Virus record (IMG/VR): IMGVR_UViG_3300024988_000017
Location: 1 to 32,160 of that record
Reading direction: 5' to 3' (one strand)
DNA length: 32,160 nucleotides
Origin: a virus
Lineage: Duplodnaviria; Caudoviricetes
The notes below the pieces were generated by a model. That model saw nothing but the letters and a program-made list of their open reading frames with translations, had not been told where the DNA came from and made no database searches. This document shows positions 27,124-32,160 of the stretch, one piece after another; the first letter of the stretch is position 1, and the number at the start of each line of letters is the position of its first letter. The position numbers and the translations under genes were made by a program.

Positions 27124-27426
27124 TCAGGATTTGCTCATAAGAAAGTCTTCCACGCGCCTGGTGGCGCGCTCCGTGGCCTCGGAGGATTTCACCATCGTCG
27201 CGATCTGCCCCTCCATCTTCGTTAGCGCGAGTTGGAGGTTGTGGACTGTCTCCTTGTCCGGCAGGTGCCGCATCTCGTCTTCGAGCTTCTGGATCCGGCT
27301 CGAATGCAAGCCAAGCGTCTCGATCGCCTTCTTGGCGTCGGACTTGAAATAAAGAACCAGGGGCGTGCCGACTGAGATCAGCAGCGCGATCAGGCCGAGC
27401 CAGTCCTTGAGGAGGGAGACTTCCAT
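27124..27426 (-). CDS. Mu gp25 / DUF2730-like membrane-anchored protein
   Basis: N-terminal TM, RIQKLEDEMRHLPDKE...L...MEG coiled coil. Confidence 0.8.
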   Translation of the reverse strand: MEVSLLKDWLGLIALLISVGTPLVLYFKSDAKKAIETLGLHSSRIQKLEDEMRHLPDKETVHNLQLALTKMEGQIATMVKSSEATERATRRVEDFLMSKS

Positions 27427-27707
27427 CAGGGATTTCCTTTACTTGCATCGACGGCCGCGACCGCGGCCGCTCGTCTCGTTTCACAGGTAGTCAGGGCTGC
27501 CCGATCGGCGCCCCAGTTGGTCGCAACCTCCCGTGAGGAAAGATCGCGGTCGGGAAGTGTGCGGGGATACGCGCAGGGCTGACGGGCGACCTCGGGCAGC
27601 ACGACGGGGCGCTGCTCGACACGCACGATCGGTGCGGGTTCAGTGGGGGAGCAGGCGGACGCGATCACGGCCGAGGCCGCAAGCATCGCCAAAAGGCAAG
27701 GCCGCAT
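27426..27707 (-). CDS. Outer-membrane spanin (Rz1-like lipoprotein)
   Basis: MRPCLLAMLAASAVIASA-C lipobox; Pro-rich; WGADRAALTTCETRR; overlaps the i-spanin 3' end in another frame. Confidence 0.8.
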   Translation of the reverse strand: MRPCLLAMLAASAVIASACSPTEPAPIVRVEQRPVVLPEVARQPCAYPRTLPDRDLSSREVATNWGADRAALTTCETRRAAAVAAVDASKGNP

Positions 27708-28005
27708 TCGCAATCTCCATATTGGTGAGCTGCTCCTCGACGAGGCGCACACGAGCGTTCGCATCCGCCTCAATGGCCAATGCCGCCTTCGCCTGGTCGG
27801 CGATCCGGCGGTTTGCATCCGCGTTGGCCCGCTCGATCTGCGCCGACCAATGTGCGTCCCGACCTTCGGCGGCCGCCTTCGCCGCCCGCTCGATCATGTC
27901 ATCGAACTTGACCAGGATGAGCCAGAGAACGAACAGGCCGAAAAAGAGCAGCGCTAACCCGGCAAGGACGGGAAGCGCTGCTTGACGAAACATCCCGGCA
28001 ATCAC
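27640..28005 (-). CDS. Inner-membrane spanin (Rz-like)
   Basis: N-terminal TM, Ala-rich coiled coil, C-terminal CGL...VRLL. Confidence 0.8.
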   Translation of the reverse strand: MIAGMFRQAALPVLAGLALLFFGLFVLWLILVKFDDMIERAAKAAAEGRDAHWSAQIERANADANRRIADQAKAALAIEADANARVRLVEEQLTNMEIANAALPFGDACGLGRDRVRLLPH

Positions 28006-28256
28006 GATTCACCTCCCGGCTGATCGCGCGGCAAGTTGGAGGCGCGAAAATCCATGGAGCCGGAAATGCGGTGAATGCCGAGCATGGCCGCAATAAGCGC
28101 GACCATCGAGGGCACGGCGATCGCGCCGAAGGCGACGGCCTCGGATCGGCCCATGACGGCGCCGATCGCACAGATCAGAATGACGGACCAAGCCAGCACT
28201 GACGAATAGAGCAGATGCCGCTTCGACGTGGAGTAGGAGGGCTTCACCAGGGACAT
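28002..28256 (-). CDS. Putative holin, 84 aa, two TM helices
   Basis: Between endolysin and spanins; two hydrophobic segments. Confidence 0.65.
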   Translation of the reverse strand: MSLVKPSYSTSKRHLLYSSVLAWSVILICAIGAVMGRSEAVAFGAIAVPSMVALIAAMLGIHRISGSMDFRASNLPRDQPGGES

Positions 28257-28259
28257 GGG

Positions 28260-29000
28260 TCAGCGCTCGTTCGCGGATGCCGGCGTACCGGCGGCGGTGA
28301 GATAGACGCGACCAGGGCGCTCGGGCTCGCCAGTTTTCGGCCAGCGGATGTCGGAGAGGCGGCCCTTCTCGAGGCGCGAAACGCGAACGCTGTTCGACTG
28401 GTTGCCGCCGAGGATGTGGAAGTGGGTCGCGTCCTCGCCGACATAAAGACCGACATGCCCACCACCGTCCCGGGTGAAAGTCATGATGGCGCCGAGGGCG
28501 GGCGTGGCGAGCTGACGGCCGAACTTGTTGTACTGGAGGGCGCCGAGCGGGTTGGCCGGTAGCGGTTCGCGCGGCAGCGTCAGGCCGAGCACATGCGCCA
28601 TGAACAGGCCACACCAAGCAATGTCGTCATCGGCGAAGAAGCTGGCGACCCAACCGCCGATGCGTTTGGCCCAGGACATGATCGTCGGATTGCTGCCCTT
28701 GCCGACGACTTCCCGCACGCCGATGAGGCGGCGGGCTTCGCGCAGCCAGACGGGCTCGGCGGGCACCTCGGGTGCACGTTCATAGACCGTGAGGCCGCTG
28801 GGCTTGGCATTCGGGGACTTCCTGAGGGCATCGACGGTGGCCTGGTCGGCCACGCCCGACACGGCGAGATGCTCGCTCGCCTGGAACCGCTCCAGTGCGC
28901 GATACAGTTCGCGCCCCGCAGCGCCGTCCATCGCGCCGCCGTAGGCACCATGCACGCGAAGGCGGGATATCAGCCAGCTTTCAAAACTTTGGAAGGTCAT
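28260..29000 (-). CDS. Endolysin: peptidoglycan-binding domain plus TIGR02594/NlpC-P60-like cysteine peptidase
   Basis: DGAAG...ALERFQ...GVADQAT; IGVRE...DDIAWCGLF...GGGHVGLY...LGGNQSNSV. Confidence 0.92.
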   Translation of the reverse strand: MTFQSFESWLISRLRVHGAYGGAMDGAAGRELYRALERFQASEHLAVSGVADQATVDALRKSPNAKPSGLTVYERAPEVPAEPVWLREARRLIGVREVVGKGSNPTIMSWAKRIGGWVASFFADDDIAWCGLFMAHVLGLTLPREPLPANPLGALQYNKFGRQLATPALGAIMTFTRDGGGHVGLYVGEDATHFHILGGNQSNSVRVSRLEKGRLSDIRWPKTGEPERPGRVYLTAAGTPASANER

Positions 29001-29007
29001 ATCGCCG

Positions 29008-29038
29008 CTTTCGAAGCCCGTTAATCGTGGCTCGAAAG
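29008..29038 (-). promoter_or_regulatory. Hairpin over the endolysin translation initiation region
   Basis: mRNA CTTTCGAGCC-N10-GGCTTCGAAAG (10 bp, one bulge), ending 7 nt before the ATG. Confidence 0.5.
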
Positions 29039-29065
29039 TGGTTTTTCTAGCGGCTTAGGGACATA

Positions 29066-29078
29066 CTGACAGTGTCAG
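29066..29078. promoter_or_regulatory. Palindromic late-activator site upstream of the lysis operon (P_lys-like)
   Basis: CTGACAGTGTCAG immediately after the Mor/C stop codon. Confidence 0.75.
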
Positions 29079-29080
29079 CA

Positions 29081-29446
29081 TCAGAAGAGTTCGCCCTGGC
29101 CCTTGAGCTTCTTTCGGATACGAAAGGCGGTGCGCCAATGCATCTTTGCCTTGGCGGCGGCCTGGTAGGCCGAGGAACCCTTTTCGAGTGCCTCGACAAG
29201 CTGCCGACGCTGCATCGCCGTCTTGGCGATCGGGATCAGCAATCGCACACCCGTGTTCGCAACGCGATAGTGGTTGCAGATTTTCGTTGCCGCTTCAAGA
29301 CCGATGAGATCGGTGAGCCAATGTCCTGCCTGCGCGTAGGCTGGAATATAGACGGTCTGCCCGCCCTTTGCGAAGGCAAGCGCCAGTGCTGCCTCATGGC
29401 CGGCGACGCGCTCAATTTCCGCTATAACGACAGGCAGATCTATCAC
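29081..29446 (-). CDS. Mor/C-family transcriptional activator
   Basis: LPVVIAEIERVAGHEAALALAFAKGGQTVYIP, LIGLEAATKI, C-terminal HTH; Mu C position; GTG start inferred. Confidence 0.88.
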   Translation of the reverse strand: MIDLPVVIAEIERVAGHEAALALAFAKGGQTVYIPAYAQAGHWLTDLIGLEAATKICNHYRVANTGVRLLIPIAKTAMQRRQLVEALEKGSSAYQAAAKAKMHWRTAFRIRKKLKGQGELF

Positions 29447-29451
29447 GGTCG

Positions 29452-29661
29452 CTACTCCATCGCCGACATGCCGCAGCCACCCTCGCAAGCCATGCGCAGG
29501 TGTTTGCGGGCGCCGACCAAGCCAATATGAAGCTGGCCACCGCATCGCGGGCATTCGATGGTGCGGCGATCGTCACCGGCCGCCGCCATGTCCGCCTTCT
29601 GCATGAGGCCAACGAGCAGCGCCTCGAAGATGGCGGCGTGCGATTCCGGGATCTCGGTCAT
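29452..29661 (-). CDS. Small Zn-ribbon-like protein, 69 aa
   Basis: CPRCGG...H...CEGGC; ATGA coupling to gemA. Confidence 0.7.
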   Translation of the reverse strand: MTEIPESHAAIFEALLVGLMQKADMAAAGDDRRTIECPRCGGQLHIGLVGARKHLRMACEGGCGMSAME

Positions 29662-30308
29662 GCCCCACCTTTCGGCATCTTGCGGACGCGTTCGCCGAGC
29701 AGGTTCATGACGGTGATCCATTGCTCGTCGGTGAGATCGCGGATGGTCTCGTCCAGATCGAGAAGGTCAGTGACAACCTTCCAGAAATCCCGGCCCCCGT
29801 TCGGGCAGAGCTTTCCCCACTGCGCACGGGCGATCTTGTAGCCGTGGCGCAACATCCAGGAGGGGCACGGCTTGTGGTCAGCCCAGTCAACGCCATGGCG
29901 GGCGAGCATCGCCTTCATCGCCTCGATGACCGACTGGCCGTCGCTGTGCGCGTGGATGAACCGCACGTCCTCGATGCCTTTGACTTGGTGGCCGAGGGCA
30001 AAGCTCTCGATGGCGCTGTCGCGCCGATCGGCGATGGCGCCGAGATTGTAGAGCGCGATCCACAGCGCCCGCATCTTCGGCACGTACTTGCCAGTGAAGG
30101 GCGATTTACGGGTGCGGCCGTCGACACGCGGCGGCTTGCGGGAGGCATAACCCTCGCTTTCGAAGGTCTGCAGCACTTTCCAACGCTCGGCGTCGGTCAT
30201 GTCCTTGGTCGATGGCTTTCCGACGAGGACCATGCATTTCGCGCGGCGGGTGTCGTCATCGAGGCCTGCCTGTTTGGCGGCGACGTGAATACGTCCAACA
30301 AGGCTCAT
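29658..30308 (-). CDS. gemA: GemA (Mu gp16 / DUF1018) regulatory protein
   Basis: RIHVAAKQAGLDDDTRR...GKPSTKDMT...KMRALWIAL...VIEAMKAM. Confidence 0.9.
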   Translation of the reverse strand: MSLVGRIHVAAKQAGLDDDTRRAKCMVLVGKPSTKDMTDAERWKVLQTFESEGYASRKPPRVDGRTRKSPFTGKYVPKMRALWIALYNLGAIADRRDSAIESFALGHQVKGIEDVRFIHAHSDGQSVIEAMKAMLARHGVDWADHKPCPSWMLRHGYKIARAQWGKLCPNGGRDFWKVVTDLLDLDETIRDLTDEQWITVMNLLGERVRKMPKGGA

Positions 30309-30553
30309 GGCTCGTCTCCTTCTGAGTCGGGTCTCGAGGTGAAATATTGCGGCACGAAAATGCGGGCGTAGACGAACTGGACAGTGCAGCCCTGTTCCTC
30401 AAAGGCCTGCCAGCGGTCGGGATCGTCGTCCGTCGCGATCGTCGCGATCGCCTCTGCTGGCGTCCGTCGATAGGAGTGCTCGATGATCGAGCCGCCCGGG
30501 GTCAGGAGGGCATAGCCCTGCGTGAAGGACGGGGGGATGAGACGTGAGGTCAT
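30305..30553 (-). CDS. Hypothetical protein, 82 aa
   Basis: Coupled overlaps on both sides; GGAG-type SD. Confidence 0.7.
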   Translation of the reverse strand: MTSRLIPPSFTQGYALLTPGGSIIEHSYRRTPAEAIATIATDDDPDRWQAFEEQGCTVQFVYARIFVPQYFTSRPDSEGDEP

Positions 30554-30789
30554 TTTCCCCGCCGGTATTTGCTTTTGAGGAGGTGCGCAGCAGAGAGCGA
30601 TCGGCCGAGTGCTTCACCAAATAGGCCGGCGTTGACCTCTGACACCTGTTCGCCCTTCACGACGGCAGTCGTGCCTATGGCCCTCAAGCGTCGGGAAACC
30701 TCGTCCCAGTCCCGGGCTTCGCAGGTGAAGTCGATTTCACGGCCTTCGAATTGGTAGCTGCAAGTGAAGGGTTTCAGTTCATCCGACAT
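30550..30789 (-). CDS. Hypothetical protein, ~79 aa
   Basis: GGAGG SD; FTCSYQFEG...ARDWDEVSRRLRAI. Confidence 0.7.
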   Translation of the reverse strand: MSDELKPFTCSYQFEGREIDFTCEARDWDEVSRRLRAIGTTAVVKGEQVSEVNAGLFGEALGRSLSAAHLLKSKYRRGK

Positions 30790-31000
30790 GGTCACCTCCG
30801 GCCGGGCCGGTTCCGCCCGTGCTGGTGGAGGATGCGGAGGCCGTGAGGCGGGCGAATTCCGCGTTTACGATCGGGCGGATATCGGTGATGATCTCCTCCG
30901 CGTAGTGACGGAACCCTTCCGCGACCGGCAGGCCATGGCCCTGTTGCAACGATAGGCGCTTTGCTATCGCGGTGGTAAGTGCCTCTGCGAAAGGTGTCAT
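30779..31000 (-). CDS. Hypothetical protein, 73 aa
   Basis: GGAGG SD; ATGA overlap; MTPFAEALTTAIAKRL. Confidence 0.65.
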   Translation of the reverse strand: MTPFAEALTTAIAKRLSLQQGHGLPVAEGFRHYAEEIITDIRPIVNAEFARLTASASSTSTGGTGPAGGDHVG

Positions 31001-31329
31001 CGGGCGTCCTCCGGCCGGTGGGATACCCAGATTGTCTCTGCCGGAGTCACGATGCTGTAGGAGTGCTGACCGAGTGCCTGACACAGCACGCTGGCAAGGT
31101 CGCGGGCGCGGGCAACTATGTCGCCCGGCTCTTTCGGGAACCGGGGATAGTTTATGAAGCCTACGCGAAAGCCTTCCTCACGTCCGCCGCTGTAGATGAA
31201 GCTTTGGGGAGTAAGGGCAACGCACATGCCGACTTCGAGACCATACCTCTGGAGGGTGACCACAGCCGCGCTGATGTCGCCAGCCATGTGGATGTCGACG
31301 TTAAAGGATGGTGCGGTTTTCTCGGTCAT
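30997..31329 (-). CDS. Hypothetical phage protein, 110 aa
   Basis: ATGA-coupled to the PAPS reductase gene; FIYSGGREEGFRVGFINYPRFP motif. Confidence 0.75.
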   Translation of the reverse strand: MTEKTAPSFNVDIHMAGDISAAVVTLQRYGLEVGMCVALTPQSFIYSGGREEGFRVGFINYPRFPKEPGDIVARARDLASVLCQALGQHSYSIVTPAETIWVSHRPEDAR

Positions 31330-32129
31330 TCCGCGCCACCCCTCGTCATGCAGTCCTTGCACATGGGGGCAAACAGATCGTCTTGACCCTTTGCGGGCTT
31401 TGGCGATTTCTGCCCCCAGCCGAAGCCATGCAGGCGCATCGCCTCTTTCTCCAGTTCGGTCAGCCACTCGCCCCATTTGGGGTAGAGGGCCGCCGCCTCG
31501 ACGCGTTCTGCCGGCGTCTGCATCGTGCCGCACATGCACTCCCCGGAGCGGCAAAGGGCCTTTGCCACGGGGTTGATCGGCGTCTGGCAGCGTTCGAGAT
31601 ATTCGTCCCGATCGTCTTGCGTCCAGTCGTGGATGATGTTGACCCAGATGTTGCCCGGCGATGCGGGATCGGCCCGGTAGGTCTGCAAGTGTTTTTTGCG
31701 GTTCTCGCTTTCGTCCTTGCGGGCTCCATTGAGGAGCAGGACGCGAACGCCGCGCTTGCCGTGCCTAATCTCGCTGGAGACGGCCTTGCGGAAAGGCGTG
31801 GCCTTCAGAACCCGGTAGGCAAACCCGTGGGCGTCGATGCCCTTGCCGAAGAACCCCTTGCGCAGGACATAGTCCTCGTAAGCCGTGCCGGCGTCAGCCT
31901 CGACGTACTCGCCCTTCCGGCCATAGACTTCCCGGACGAATTCGCTGGTCTCGGGAATGCCGCAGCGGGTGTTGCCGTGAATGACGAAATCGATCTTGGC
32001 CCCCAGTTCGCGGGCAATCTGATCCGACGCGGCGCTGTCCTTGCCGCCCGAGACCATGGAAACGATATGCGTCGGGTTGAAGGTGTCGATCGCTTCGCGA
32101 AGGATCTGCACGCTGCTGTCGATCTTCAT
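31326..32129 (-). CDS. PAPS/APS reductase-family (PP-loop) protein with Cys cluster
   Basis: SGGKDS PP-loop, GARKDESENR, IHDWT, SGECMCG, C-terminal CKDC. Confidence 0.88.
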   Translation of the reverse strand: MKIDSSVQILREAIDTFNPTHIVSMVSGGKDSAASDQIARELGAKIDFVIHGNTRCGIPETSEFVREVYGRKGEYVEADAGTAYEDYVLRKGFFGKGIDAHGFAYRVLKATPFRKAVSSEIRHGKRGVRVLLLNGARKDESENRKKHLQTYRADPASPGNIWVNIIHDWTQDDRDEYLERCQTPINPVAKALCRSGECMCGTMQTPAERVEAAALYPKWGEWLTELEKEAMRLHGFGWGQKSPKPAKGQDDLFAPMCKDCMTRGGAE

Positions 32130-32160
32130 TCGACGCTTCCTTTGTTTCCAGATGATGATG

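Larger units (their letters stand above)
343..32160 (-). mobile_element. Mu-like transposable prophage (late region plus end of early region); continues beyond the window's right edge
   Basis: GemA, Mor/C, gp25-29, MuF, protease I, gp36 and G in Mu synteny; P2-like contractile tail; TGT terminus at 343 followed by repeated motifs. Confidence 0.95.

Noticed and set aside
2900-28800. Many long plus-strand and alternate-frame ORFs (e.g. 3400-4464, 15577-16764, 20304-21608, 23516-24535)
   Set aside because: They are antisense shadows of recognisable minus-strand phage genes in GC-rich DNA and have no motifs of their own.

Overview
The window holds about 31.8 kb of a Mu-like (transposable) prophage, most likely from a GC-rich alphaproteobacterium (rhizobia-like; inferred). 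Its right end (TGT at 343) interrupts a host gene for a repetitive 'LSxAQIAAL' protein (2-342). Almost all phage genes are on the minus strand. Read from the right edge leftwards they are: the end of the early/semi-essential region (PAPS-reductase-like protein, small ORFs, GemA), a Mor/C-family activator, a lysis cassette (endolysin, holin, overlapping spanins), a Mu-type packaging and head module (gp25/26/27, TerL, portal, MuF, protease/scaffold, cement, major capsid, gp35/36, G, gp37), and a P2-type contractile tail (V, W, J, a 999-aa repeat fibre, I, H-like fibre, accessory genes, sheath, tube, chaperone with -1 frameshift, tape measure, U, X, D). Two plus-strand accessory envelope genes sit next to the phage end. 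The most interesting signals are: (1) a MuF head protein with a C-terminal PBECR-like RNase domain whose stop codon directly abuts a convergent, promoter-equipped, tRNA-like ~68-nt RNA, a candidate RNA-antitoxin or decoy system; (2) a CTGACAnTGTCAG palindrome at a fixed distance upstream of three late operons, coupled to RBS-occluding hairpins or a leaderless start; (3) an unannotated 40-aa lipoprotein/membrane-protein pair; (4) an unusual two-fibre arrangement with a shared C-terminal module. All family assignments come from motif and synteny recognition; no database searches were run.
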